Source: Bacteroidales bacterium (GTDB lineage: Bacteria; Bacteroidota; Bacteroidia; Bacteroidales; FEN-979). Taken from it: a DNA stretch of 64,000 nucleotides. Position 1 is the first letter of the stretch, and each line of letters opens with the position of its first letter. The stretch spans positions 74,064-138,063 of the forward strand of contig JBBRTX010000001.1 in assembly GCA_038244085.1 (NCBI GenBank), in the 5' to 3' direction. Shown here piece by piece: positions 20,601 to 30,386 of the stretch. The notes below the pieces were generated by a model. It did not search any database, had not been told where the DNA came from, and was given only the letters and a program-made list of their open reading frames with translations. The position numbers were made by a program, and so were the translations under genes.

Positions 20601-21321
20601 GAATTCCGTAGCGCAACCATCCACCAGATTGGGGTGCTGCTTCAAAAATATCCACCTGGTGACCCTTCTGCTGAAGGAAATAGGCAGCAGACAATCCTCC
20701 GGGTCCGGCACCAATGACCGCTACTTTTTTACCGGTGGAAGGAGCAATTGCAGGCATGTATTTATTGCCGGATGCAAGATCGATATCAGAAGCAAACCGT
20801 TTTAGATAATCGATTCCAACCGGGGCGCCTTCATCCAGAAGGTTTCTCCGGCAGTCCACCTCACAGGGACGCACGCAAACACGGCCGCAGATGGCGGGCA
20901 ACGGGTTGGTTTCCTTGATCAGCGCAACGGCATCCCGGTAAAGTCCCTTTTCGATAAGGGAGATATATCCCTGGACATCCACTCCGGCGGGACAGGTTTG
21001 TTTGCATGGACCCAGGCAATCCGCATAATGATTGCTGAGCATTAACTCCAGGGCCATCTTCCTTGATTTCCGAATCCCTTCGCTACTGGTGGTGATTTTC
21101 ATTCCTTCGGTCAGCTTTGTTGAGCAGGATGGTTGGTGACCACGCATCCCTTCTACCTCGACCACGCAAACATAACAGGAGGTGAAAGGCTCAAGTCGTT
21201 CATCATTACACAGCGTAGGAATTTTTATCCCATGACGTTCAGCCAGTTGCAGAATGGTTTCTCCGGGGATGCCTTTTACGATGTTTCCGTCTAAAATGAT
21301 GTTCAGAAAATTTTCAGTCAT
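17614..21321 (-). CDS. fusion protein: NuoG-type 2Fe-2S + GltD-like NAD(P)H flavoprotein + NuoG-type FeS clusters + degenerate molybdopterin-oxidoreductase (MopB) domain
   Basis: N-terminal CNDERLEPFTSCYVCVVEV. GltD-like CPAGVDVQGYI, CGRVCVRPCEVDC, VIGAGPGGLSAA and VIGGGNTAMDC. Then CILCGRCIRIC, CESCGLCISTCP and the MopB 4Fe-4S motif CNYCSIGCAINL. The ORF-track start at 21330 is TTG, so I use the ATG at 21321. Confidence 0.75.
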   Translation of the reverse strand: MTENFLNIILDGNIVKGIPGETILQLAERHGIKIPTLCNDERLEPFTSCYVCVVEVEGMRGHQPSCSTKLTEGMKITTSSEGIRKSRKMALELMLSNHYADCLGPCKQTCPAGVDVQGYISLIEKGLYRDAVALIKETNPLPAICGRVCVRPCEVDCRRNLLDEGAPVGIDYLKRFASDIDLASGNKYMPAIAPSTGKKVAVIGAGPGGLSAAYFLQQKGHQVDIFEAAPQSGGWLRYGIPEYRLPNDIIDQEVDSITRMGVNIHYQKKLGENLSYQAIKDQYQATILTIGSQKGTSIGCEGDDAENVFSGIDFLRNMEVTGQRYDFRGKTIAVIGGGNTAMDCCRTSIRCKADKVYVIYRRTEKEMPANPIEIHESKLEGVEYLFLTLPIKVNKDENGALKSITCTRMELGEPDASGRRRPVPIEGSDFIIAVDYALAAIGQKTDVNFIDNINTFAADGQLVVNKWGDIDAKKETLQTGIPSVFAAGDGVTGPATIIEAIAQARIASESADQYLSGLPLVPMKKPFMSRKDHFKVQVKEDFAGKFLSQSREEMPTLDPEKRANFSEVELGYAGEEIALHETQRCLECGCTAFFHCDLQKYSTEYGANQKSFSGEFREFQVDFRHPYIEIDNNKCILCGRCIRICREVVGAKALGFVNRGFDTLVAPSMGESLEETPCESCGLCISTCPTGAITENVIFKPGPVKTDEAETICNYCSIGCAINLQHKNGFVMGVSGRNGIVNTDGNLCKYPKFGYQYLNDRTRILKPLKKTNGKFEEISFKEAFTLIKEKIGEVAPDENAFFAGARLSNEELYLIQKLARCAVKTNNIGSFHYLGRGEGYRKNNLLNVPLGAVNGASHIYYLGTEINQDHAVAGFMTQNAHISKNIPLTLITTKEENSMEHKVDEVIRIQSYYHFIKAVTHFLLANNLENGLFLRDRVEGFEEYKSCLLKEDFPALLLKAGVDALLVKTFAEEYNNQLNAVILFSEKEISDTASLELFNLAMVTGKLGKTSNGLIALREKNNSQGLLDMGIDPEYGIGGQRIDDPAYLQRLQELWKVSSLSGKSNDLLELLMEKRIKNLFIFGEDPLGCATSDEAETWISGAAFKVVQDYFMTETALQADLVLPASFPVETGGSFTNTQKVIQEFEATLKCRIEKDNIGQLSGMLMLFNQEGLSSPKNVLSEMITLLPQVNDHSLLKLEITDGEDSDPLFEAGCDHLVQKFDKDFEDAFNTVNNN

Positions 21322-21341
21322 TTTCAGCAAAATTTTTATTT

Positions 21342-23120
21342 TCAGGATAAGATGATGGATGAGAATTTACATTTCGAGAAACAAACCCCGCATTTGGTGC
21401 AGATCTCCTGGTGAATGAGATGTACAGCCTTCCGTTCACCAGTGATCGCATTTGACGGGCAATTTTTCAAACAAACCATACAACCGGTGCACTTTTCCGC
21501 ATCAACCGAGTAGGTGAGCAATGGCCGGCAAACTTTTGCAGGACATTTCTTATGCAGGATATGTGCCTCATATTCATCTCTGAAATATTTAATCGTCGTG
21601 AGTACAGGATTGGGCGCTGTCTGGCCCAGTCCGCAAAGCGAATTATCCTTGATCTGGTGTGCGAGCTCTTCCAGTTTCTCAATATCTCCTTCCCTCCCTT
21701 CTGCGTTGGTGATCCGTTCAAGGATCTCGAGCATACGTTTCGTTCCCATTCGACAGAAAGTACATTTCCCGCAGGATTCTTTCCGGGTGAAATCGAGGAA
21801 AAATTTGGCAACGTCAACCATACAGGTTGTTTCGTCCATCACAACCATACCGCCTGAACCCATGATGGCGCCGGTAGCGTTGACAGAGTCATAATCGACG
21901 ATGGTGTCGGAAAGGTATTCAGGTATACATCCACCTGAAGGGCCGCCCATCTGCACTGCCTTAAATTTCTTGTCGTTCTTGATCCCGCCTCCCAACTTGA
22001 AGATCACCTCGCGGATGGTCATTCCCATAGGAACTTCAACCAGACCCGAATGTTTGATCTTACCTGCAAGTGCAAAAACCTTGGTCCCCTTGCTTTTCTC
22101 TGTTCCGTAGGCTGCATAAGCTTCCGGCCCGTTCAGGATAATCCAGGGGATGTTGGCAAAAGTCTCTACGTTGTTGATGTTGGTAGGTTTTTTCCAGAGG
22201 CCGGAAACGGCAGGAAATGGCGGCCTTTTTCTTGGCATGCCACGCTCTCCTTCAACGGAAGCAATGAGCGCCGTTTCTTCTCCGCATACAAAAGCCCCTG
22301 CTCCTTCTTTGATCGTAATGTCAAAGTTAAAGCCCTCCATCCCGAAGATATTTTTCCCAAGATAGCCTTTTAACCGGGCTTGGGTGATGGCAATGTTCAA
22401 TCTTTTGATGGCCAGAGGATATTCCGCCCGGCAATAGATAACACCCTGGGTGGCTTCAATGGCATAAGCGGCTATGATCATTCCTTCCAATACCGAATGC
22501 GGATCACCTTCGAGCACAGAACGATCCATGAACGCCCCGGGATCTCCTTCATCGGCATTACAGATTACATATTTTTCTGATGACTTGTTCGCATTGGCGA
22601 ATTTCCATTTCAGACCGGTAGGAAATCCTCCGCCGCCCCTTCCGCGGATCCCGGAATCCAGAATGGTCTGGATCACTTCCATCCCGGGTAACTGGCTCTT
22701 TATGATTCCTTGTATGGCCCGATATCCGTCACGTGCTTCATATTCATCGATCGATTCCGGATCCATGTATCCGCAGTTCCGCAGCACAATCTTCACCTGT
22801 GCATTCAGAAATTCGCTCTCGGCAGCATCAAAAACCGAACTGTGAACGAGATATTCCCCTACCGGATCACCCAGGTTGATATGCTTGTCCATCACCTCCG
22901 CCACCCGGGCTTCATTCATATCCCCGTAAAGCCACGTACCGGATCCGTCTCTTACTTCAACCAGGGGTTCGCGATAGCACATCCCGATACAACTGGTCTT
23001 TTTCAGATCGAAATCCAGTTTTCCGGCTTCCTGCAAAGATTTAATTTTGTCGTAAGTTTTACCCGCCCCTGCGGCAATCCCGCAGCTTCCGAGTCCCACT
23101 GTTACAGTTGTTCTTGACAT
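21342..23120 (-). CDS. NuoF/HydB-like NADH-binding FMN flavoprotein with N-terminal thioredoxin-like 2Fe-2S and C-terminal 2x[4Fe-4S]
   Basis: GRGGGGFPTGLKWKF (FMN), CGEETALIASVEG (NADH), ESCGKCTFCRMG (N3-type 4Fe-4S), and C-terminal CTGCMVCLKNCP and CTKCGVCFSKC. Confidence 0.85.
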   Translation of the reverse strand: MSRTTVTVGLGSCGIAAGAGKTYDKIKSLQEAGKLDFDLKKTSCIGMCYREPLVEVRDGSGTWLYGDMNEARVAEVMDKHINLGDPVGEYLVHSSVFDAAESEFLNAQVKIVLRNCGYMDPESIDEYEARDGYRAIQGIIKSQLPGMEVIQTILDSGIRGRGGGGFPTGLKWKFANANKSSEKYVICNADEGDPGAFMDRSVLEGDPHSVLEGMIIAAYAIEATQGVIYCRAEYPLAIKRLNIAITQARLKGYLGKNIFGMEGFNFDITIKEGAGAFVCGEETALIASVEGERGMPRKRPPFPAVSGLWKKPTNINNVETFANIPWIILNGPEAYAAYGTEKSKGTKVFALAGKIKHSGLVEVPMGMTIREVIFKLGGGIKNDKKFKAVQMGGPSGGCIPEYLSDTIVDYDSVNATGAIMGSGGMVVMDETTCMVDVAKFFLDFTRKESCGKCTFCRMGTKRMLEILERITNAEGREGDIEKLEELAHQIKDNSLCGLGQTAPNPVLTTIKYFRDEYEAHILHKKCPAKVCRPLLTYSVDAEKCTGCMVCLKNCPSNAITGERKAVHLIHQEICTKCGVCFSKCKFSSIILS

Positions 23121-23139
23121 ATCCTGGATAGATTATTTT

Positions 23140-23658
23140 TTAATTATTCTCAGCAGTCCTGATATTTTTGATGATTTTCACCGTTTCGCTCCCGGTCAGT
23201 TTACCATACGTCTGATCGGCAACCATCATGACCGGTGCGAGGGAACAGCAACCGAGACAGGCAACAGATTCAAGCGTAAAGAGCCGGTCTTCCGTGGTTT
23301 CACCGTCCTTGATTTTCATCGATTCTTCCAGCGCTTCGGTGATTTCTTTGGCATTCTGGACATGGCAGGCAGTACCATGACAAACCTTGATGATGTGTTT
23401 TCCCACCGGATGCATCCGGAATTGTGCATAAAAAGTGGCAACACCATACATCTCGCTTAATTCAAGACCGGTTTCGCGGGAGATTTTTTCAAAAACCGGC
23501 TTGGGTAGAAACCCATAAATCTCCTGAGCACCCTGTAAAAGCGGGATCATGTTGCCTTTCTTTCCTTTGTATTTTTTTATCAAACCATCAAGCAGCGTCA
23601 GATCCGGTTCTGACACATTGTTGAGTATTACTTTTTCTGAAATTCTTGATATTCGCAT
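23140..23658 (-). CDS. NuoE/HydC-like 2Fe-2S ferredoxin subunit
   Basis: Cys pattern CHGTACHV ... CLGCCSLAP. The ORF-track start at 23718 is GTG, and the ATG at 23658 gives a typical length of about 172 aa. Confidence 0.85.
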   Translation of the reverse strand: MRISRISEKVILNNVSEPDLTLLDGLIKKYKGKKGNMIPLLQGAQEIYGFLPKPVFEKISRETGLELSEMYGVATFYAQFRMHPVGKHIIKVCHGTACHVQNAKEITEALEESMKIKDGETTEDRLFTLESVACLGCCSLAPVMMVADQTYGKLTGSETVKIIKNIRTAENN

Positions 23659-23740
23659 AGTCCTGTTTTTATCAATTGAAAAAATTGATTCATCACTTTC
23701 CGGCCTTCGGCTTGTCACCGTCTTTCATTGTTGCCGGACA

Positions 23741-26700
23741 TCATTTATTTGTTGTAATTACAGATATCCGCTTCTTGCCGTCCATCTTCACCGTTAACGG
23801 TTTTTCAAAACGGGCAATCATGAAATAACCTGTTTTGGTTAGGTTTTTCTGACTTTTCAGGGTATCGTACCGGATAAAGCTTCCCGACATTTCCGGCTGG
23901 ATACAAAAGTAACCAACATTCATGGAAGTGACGTTATGAAAAAAGTGAGAACCCGAGGATGCATCCAGCGGAAATCCCTCGAGACTCGTCTCAACGATCA
24001 CCTTTGCATTAGAGATCTGGGGCCATTTTACAGGCACTCCAATCCATTTGTCGCGGGAGCCCCAGCGTCCGGGACCGATCAGGATATATTTCTTATTGTT
24101 CTTCACCATTTCTGCGTTGATCTTTTCGATCTCATCCGCCATAGCCTCTGTTTTCGATTTATCGAACGTGTCGGGATCTACAAAAACCACCTCGTCGATA
24201 TCATCCATCAAACCGTTCCCCATCTCCTTCTCCGAAAAGAGCAGGATATCCTCCTTCGGGATTTTATCCATGTCAACATTGTAATCGGTGGCATTGCCGA
24301 TGAGGGGTTTGATCTGGAGCAAGTAAAATGTGGCTTTGTTTTCCTGGTCCTTATTAAGATCTACGGCAAATTCCATTTCAACAGGAGAACCCAATGCTTC
24401 CTTTACCAGATCAAGTACCACTTCGATGGTTTTTGCCAGCGGGATGTAATTGTATTTCAGGATATCTGCAAAATTGACGACCCGCGGACCGGCCTGGTTG
24501 AGCCCCGGGCTGATCCGGTTGTTTTCCAGCGAATAAACCGAGGCAAGATGCTTCAGCGTTCCGTGGAGCTCCGCTTCATCGATATCCATTTTCCTCAATC
24601 CCGCATCCTCACCTTCCAGGAGATTAACATCACTCTTTTTCATATCCACCGCGTAAAAATAAACCTGCGATCCTTTATACTGGTCTTTCGGCGTATTGAT
24701 TTCAAGATTGGGATACAGCGGGGAGAAACGATAGGCTTTCTCACCCTCCACAACATACCGCCCAAGGCCTAACGCGCAAACGGCAAATCCTTCTTCCGGT
24801 TTCATGTGCCCGAAAGGATAATAGTTGTACGACTGGGCCACTCCGCTGATATGCGGATAATAAACATCCGCATACTGGCTGCCTACCACTTCCTGGATAA
24901 CGATGGCCATTTTCTCCTGCTCAATCTTATAATTGATCGCCTCGATATAGCTTTTGGCGGTTTTTGAATAAACCGATGCATAAACCAGTTTTATTGCATC
25001 CATGAGCTGTTCCAGCCTGACTTTCGGGTCAGGATGAACATTCGGGATGAGATAGGTTTCGAAAATGCCGGCAAAAGGCTGGTTCAGGGAATCCTCGAAC
25101 AATCCGGATGACCGGATGGCAAGGGGTTTTGTGATGTATTTTACGATGAGTTTCAGCTTCCGGATCAGACTTTCGGTAAGCTTACCTTCCAGGAATGCTT
25201 TTTTAAGTTCTTGATAATCTTCCTCATATACCGCCCTTTCGCGGAGCTTATTCCGGTCGAGAAAATATTCAAATTCATCCGTGCCGATGATGGATGTCTT
25301 TGGAGTCCGGATATTGATATTCGGAATGTGTTGTGAGAAATCGTAATTATAAATGAGCGTATTGATAAAGGCAAGGCCGCGTCCCTTACCGCCTAATGCA
25401 CCTTCGGTGAGGGTGATGATATTTTTGTCATCGGTAATGGCCAATTCTTCAAAAGGTATCACTTTCCCGATATTTTGTTCATTCCTGAAATGCTGAATCA
25501 CGCTGATCAGGTATTCCCGCAGGCTTTTCGGATCCTTGAAATCGGTAACTTTTGCCGGGTTCAGGATCTTGGCCACCTGGATCTCACCACGGGCCATCAG
25601 CCACATCGAAAAATGGTCTTTTCGGGCATGGTACAAGAGGGATTCTTCGGGAATCGTAATCAGAAAATCTTCAAATTCTTTCAGAGACCTGGCCACGGCA
25701 ATCTGTCTGCCTTCCTTATCGCGGTAAATAAAATTCCCAAACCCCAGGTAATGTGTGATAAAACTCTTGAAATCAAGCAGCAGGGTTTCCGAATTTTTAT
25801 TGATAAAAGTCGTTTTCAGATCAAATGCCTCATTAATATTGTCTTCGTTCGAAGACTGCAGAACGATCGGCAACTCCTTGATCTCCTTCCGGGTTTGTTT
25901 CACCAGCTGAAAACCTGCCTGGGAGTTGAGTTTTCCGTCCTTTTTAAATTTTACATCAGATATCAGGCACAACACATAATCCTTGTACTTGTTAAAGATA
26001 TACATGGCCTCTTCATAGGTGGAAGCCAGCATTATCTTAGGTCTTGCCTTAAGCCGGAGGATCCGGTATAGCTCATCCGTCGTAACATCCTCGATGATAT
26101 GCTTGGTTTGTTCCAGCACAATGTTGTAAAGCATCGGAAGATAGAGCGAATAATATTTCGGGGAATCTTCCACCAGTAAGATCACCCGGGTCATCCCAAT
26201 ATGGGTATCGTTTTCCACATTGATCTTATCTTCCAGGTAATTGATCATGGCAAAAAAGATCTTGGAATCGCCGTTCCACACGAATATCCGGTCAATCCAG
26301 GTCAGTTTTTCGGGTTCCTGGTCAAAATGGGCGATATCGGTATTGCTGTTCAGTAACAAAAACACCGGGATATACTGGAACTGGCTTTTGATCTTCTGGC
26401 TCAGTTCTACCGGAAACTGTTTATCGACGCCCATCATGATGATGACCAGGTCGTAATGTTTGGAATTGATCTGCTCAAACACTTCTTCCTCTGCAGAAAC
26501 ACCGGTTATACGGGGCATGGTACTAAGGCTCAGCTGGTAAAACTCCCCAAGAACATGTTCCGAGAATCTTCCTTCTTTTTCAATGCTGTAGGCATCATAT
26601 AAATTGGCTACCAACAGGATCTCTTTGACCTTAAAAGGCATCAGGTCGTGATAGAGGTCGCGGTTATAGTTATTACGGTTGAGGAAAGTCTGGAGAAGCT

Positions 26701-27604
26701 GACGACTGTATTTGACTCCTTCTTTGCTTTCTTCCCTGGGTGCAACCTCCTTAACCGTTTTTCGCAAGATGGCTTTCCCTTTTATACTATTAAGGTACCC
26801 GGTAATCAGGTTGGCAAGGTTGATGATCAGATGCCGTTCCTCTTCCAGAAATGGCCCTTCAAAGGAAGGCTGAAAGGCTTTCAGGTAAAAAATCTCGATA
26901 CAACCGCTCAGGTTATCAATGGTTTCGAAAGATTGCTTCTGGCACCATTGGGTTTCACGAAACCCGGGACTCGTACACTCGATATTTACGTATCGGATCC
27001 GACATACCGCGAACTCAGGATATTGCCATGCTTTAGGGATGACCAGGCAGATCTGATGTAGCGCTTCTTCTATCGGTTTTCCCGTACGTAAAATTGCGGT
27101 GGTCTGATTGATGGCAGAAAGCTCCTTGAGTCTTTCACGGGTCACGTAATGCCCCTCTTTCCCTTTCACTCCATTCAGATATCCTTCGATGAGGTTGGCC
27201 AGGTTCATGATCAGGTTCCGTTCCTCTTTCATGAACGGACCTTCATCCATCTCCGGAAATTCCTTCAGGTAAAAAATCTGGATGATCCCGGAGATACTGT
27301 CAATGGTTTCAAAAGGTTGTTCCTGCTTCCATGAGGTCTCCCTAAAATCGTGACTCACAAACTCCATGTCATCGTAGAGAATCCGTGCAACAGTTTCTTC
27401 AGGATACTGCCAGGCACGGGGAAGGATATAGCAGATTTCCTGGAGGGTTTCAGGAATGGAGCGATCCATCCTGGTAATGACGGTGGTGTCATTGATGGCA
27501 TTTAATTCTTTCAATCGTTCCCTGGTATCAAAGAGTAATTTCTCTACATCCAGTTTTTTAGGATCAACTGAAACATTCCCTGATGAATCGTCATTAGGCT
27601 GCAT
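23741..27604 (-). CDS. two GAF-like sensor repeats + receiver-like domains + PPDK_N-type ATP-grasp domain (paralogue of 14148-17132)
   Basis: Collinear with the 994-aa paralogue over about 950 aa, for example ILLVEDSPKYYS, CLISDV and GALGGKGRGLAFI. It has an extra N-terminal tandem 129-aa repeat. The ORF-track start at 27619 is TTG, and the first ATG is 27604. Confidence 0.7.
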   Translation of the reverse strand: MQPNDDSSGNVSVDPKKLDVEKLLFDTRERLKELNAINDTTVITRMDRSIPETLQEICYILPRAWQYPEETVARILYDDMEFVSHDFRETSWKQEQPFETIDSISGIIQIFYLKEFPEMDEGPFMKEERNLIMNLANLIEGYLNGVKGKEGHYVTRERLKELSAINQTTAILRTGKPIEEALHQICLVIPKAWQYPEFAVCRIRYVNIECTSPGFRETQWCQKQSFETIDNLSGCIEIFYLKAFQPSFEGPFLEEERHLIINLANLITGYLNSIKGKAILRKTVKEVAPREESKEGVKYSRQLLQTFLNRNNYNRDLYHDLMPFKVKEILLVANLYDAYSIEKEGRFSEHVLGEFYQLSLSTMPRITGVSAEEEVFEQINSKHYDLVIIMMGVDKQFPVELSQKIKSQFQYIPVFLLLNSNTDIAHFDQEPEKLTWIDRIFVWNGDSKIFFAMINYLEDKINVENDTHIGMTRVILLVEDSPKYYSLYLPMLYNIVLEQTKHIIEDVTTDELYRILRLKARPKIMLASTYEEAMYIFNKYKDYVLCLISDVKFKKDGKLNSQAGFQLVKQTRKEIKELPIVLQSSNEDNINEAFDLKTTFINKNSETLLLDFKSFITHYLGFGNFIYRDKEGRQIAVARSLKEFEDFLITIPEESLLYHARKDHFSMWLMARGEIQVAKILNPAKVTDFKDPKSLREYLISVIQHFRNEQNIGKVIPFEELAITDDKNIITLTEGALGGKGRGLAFINTLIYNYDFSQHIPNINIRTPKTSIIGTDEFEYFLDRNKLRERAVYEEDYQELKKAFLEGKLTESLIRKLKLIVKYITKPLAIRSSGLFEDSLNQPFAGIFETYLIPNVHPDPKVRLEQLMDAIKLVYASVYSKTAKSYIEAINYKIEQEKMAIVIQEVVGSQYADVYYPHISGVAQSYNYYPFGHMKPEEGFAVCALGLGRYVVEGEKAYRFSPLYPNLEINTPKDQYKGSQVYFYAVDMKKSDVNLLEGEDAGLRKMDIDEAELHGTLKHLASVYSLENNRISPGLNQAGPRVVNFADILKYNYIPLAKTIEVVLDLVKEALGSPVEMEFAVDLNKDQENKATFYLLQIKPLIGNATDYNVDMDKIPKEDILLFSEKEMGNGLMDDIDEVVFVDPDTFDKSKTEAMADEIEKINAEMVKNNKKYILIGPGRWGSRDKWIGVPVKWPQISNAKVIVETSLEGFPLDASSGSHFFHNVTSMNVGYFCIQPEMSGSFIRYDTLKSQKNLTKTGYFMIARFEKPLTVKMDGKKRISVITTNK
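26774..27526 (-). repeat. tandem in-frame duplication encoding two ~125-aa GAF-like modules
   Basis: RERLKEL(N/S)AIN.TT.I...(I/L)CxxxP(R/K)AWQYPE...R(I)xY....(C/F).S..FRET.W...Q.FETID..SG.I(Q/E)IFYLK.F....EGPF..EER.LI.NLANLI.GYLN occurs twice (ORF residues 32-154 and 160-282). Confidence 0.7.
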
Positions 27605-27869
27605 GGTAGCTACTTTCAAGGTATGGAATGAACTTTGAGGAAAGGTCGTAAAATTACATATTCTTTTCTTTCCTCCAAATTAATCGTCTAATAATTAGAG
27701 TAATACGTGTTTTACTTATTGTCTTATACGTATTATTCTAACTTTAATTAAGTATTTTTCTTATATTATTGTAAATTAAATACTTATAAAAAAATTTTAG
27801 AATAAATTATGTATTTCGAGAAAATATTTTCTTTAATATTGCTTCACATTTTCACATCCTATTTACTAA

Positions 27870-29246
<1,377 letters not shown>

Positions 29247-29270
29247 CCACGTTTGTTTTTTTTGATTTGA

Positions 29271-29308
29271 AGAGAAGGCTGTTCCGAAAGGATGGCCTTC
29301 TCTTTTTC
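29271..29308 (+). terminator. rho-independent terminator of gdhA
   Basis: AGAGAAGGC (29271-29279) pairs with GCCTTCTCT (29295-29303), followed by a T-run. Confidence 0.6.
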
Positions 29309-29399
29309 GTTATTACATTCGGGATGTTTTTGCGCTCAGACTGGTGATTGGTTGCGTGACGCGTGACACGGACATCATGTCCTTCTCCGTCACAAATCC

Positions 29400-30386
29400 T
29401 TAACCATTAACCATTAGGTTTGTTACCTGCTGGTAGACTTCCACTAACCGTTTGGCAACCAAATCTTCTGTAAGTTGATCCGCAATCAGCTTTTCACGGC
29501 CAGTGGAAGGTTGACCTGCCTGAATGATTCCCATTATTGCATTCGCCAGTGATAAAGGATCTTTGCCGGTAACAATTGAATGGTTCACTTCCCTTAACCG
29601 TTCTGCAACATCACCCACATCCACCCCGACAATCGGCACATTGCAGGCCATGGCCTCCTTTACCATCGTCGGACTTCCTTCATTGTCGCTGCAAATCAGC
29701 AGGCAATCCACCGCATTCAGGAGTATAGGTATGATCCCGCTATCCCCAATGATTCCGGTCAGGATTTCTAGCCGGGCTTCTGGTATTGTCTTTTGAACGA
29801 TCTTTATGGCTTCCAGAGCAAGATCCAATCTTTTAACAACAGGATTATTTCCATTAAACAGAACAATCTTTTCTTCCTCCTTAAAATTTAACTTCTTACG
29901 GGCTTCCGCTTTAATCATTGGATAGAATTCCGAGATATTAATCCCTGCAGGAATAATGATGGCCTTTTTCTTCTCCCACCAGAAATTCTGTTTGAGGTTG
30001 TTACTTACACAGATTGCCTTTCCAGCCCGTAAAATGGCCAGATTGGATAAGGTTTTCTTTACCATCGTTCTCTTCAGGCTATCTTTAGGAAGTGTATTCA
30101 GATCGCTTCCCTGAAATGTAATAACCAAAGGTTTGGTATTGGAATAGGCTGAGAAAAAAGCATATGCCGTTCCGTAATGAACGTGAAGAAGATCGGGCTG
30201 GTAGGTGGCAATTACTTCCCATAACTCCCGTATGAGCTTTAGGATCTTTATGAAAGTTGTTCCTTTTGGCGGGATATAGAAAAATTTGTTTTCAACACCC
30301 AGTTCCTCAAGGGATCTGATCTGCCGGTGAGCAAAAATCATCCCTGAGGGTGTTGAGGATTCCGGAAGAATGGAAAGTACTTTCAT
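29400..30386 (-). CDS. glycosyltransferase family 4
   Basis: C-terminal GT4 signature SDNEGSPTMVKEAMACNVPIVGVDVGDVAE (E-x7-E region). 328 aa. Confidence 0.75.
   Translation of the reverse strand: MKVLSILPESSTPSGMIFAHRQIRSLEELGVENKFFYIPPKGTTFIKILKLIRELWEVIATYQPDLLHVHYGTAYAFFSAYSNTKPLVITFQGSDLNTLPKDSLKRTMVKKTLSNLAILRAGKAICVSNNLKQNFWWEKKKAIIIPAGINISEFYPMIKAEARKKLNFKEEEKIVLFNGNNPVVKRLDLALEAIKIVQKTIPEARLEILTGIIGDSGIIPILLNAVDCLLICSDNEGSPTMVKEAMACNVPIVGVDVGDVAERLREVNHSIVTGKDPLSLANAIMGIIQAGQPSTGREKLIADQLTEDLVAKRLVEVYQQVTNLMVNG

Noticed and set aside
17614-21321. Calling the large FeS protein a formate dehydrogenase or an [FeFe] hydrogenase.
   Set aside because: There is no Cys/Sec-His ligand motif at the expected MopB position (it reads GSFHYLGR). 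None of the three H-cluster motifs is present. I kept it as a non-catalytic NuoG-like module pending alignment.
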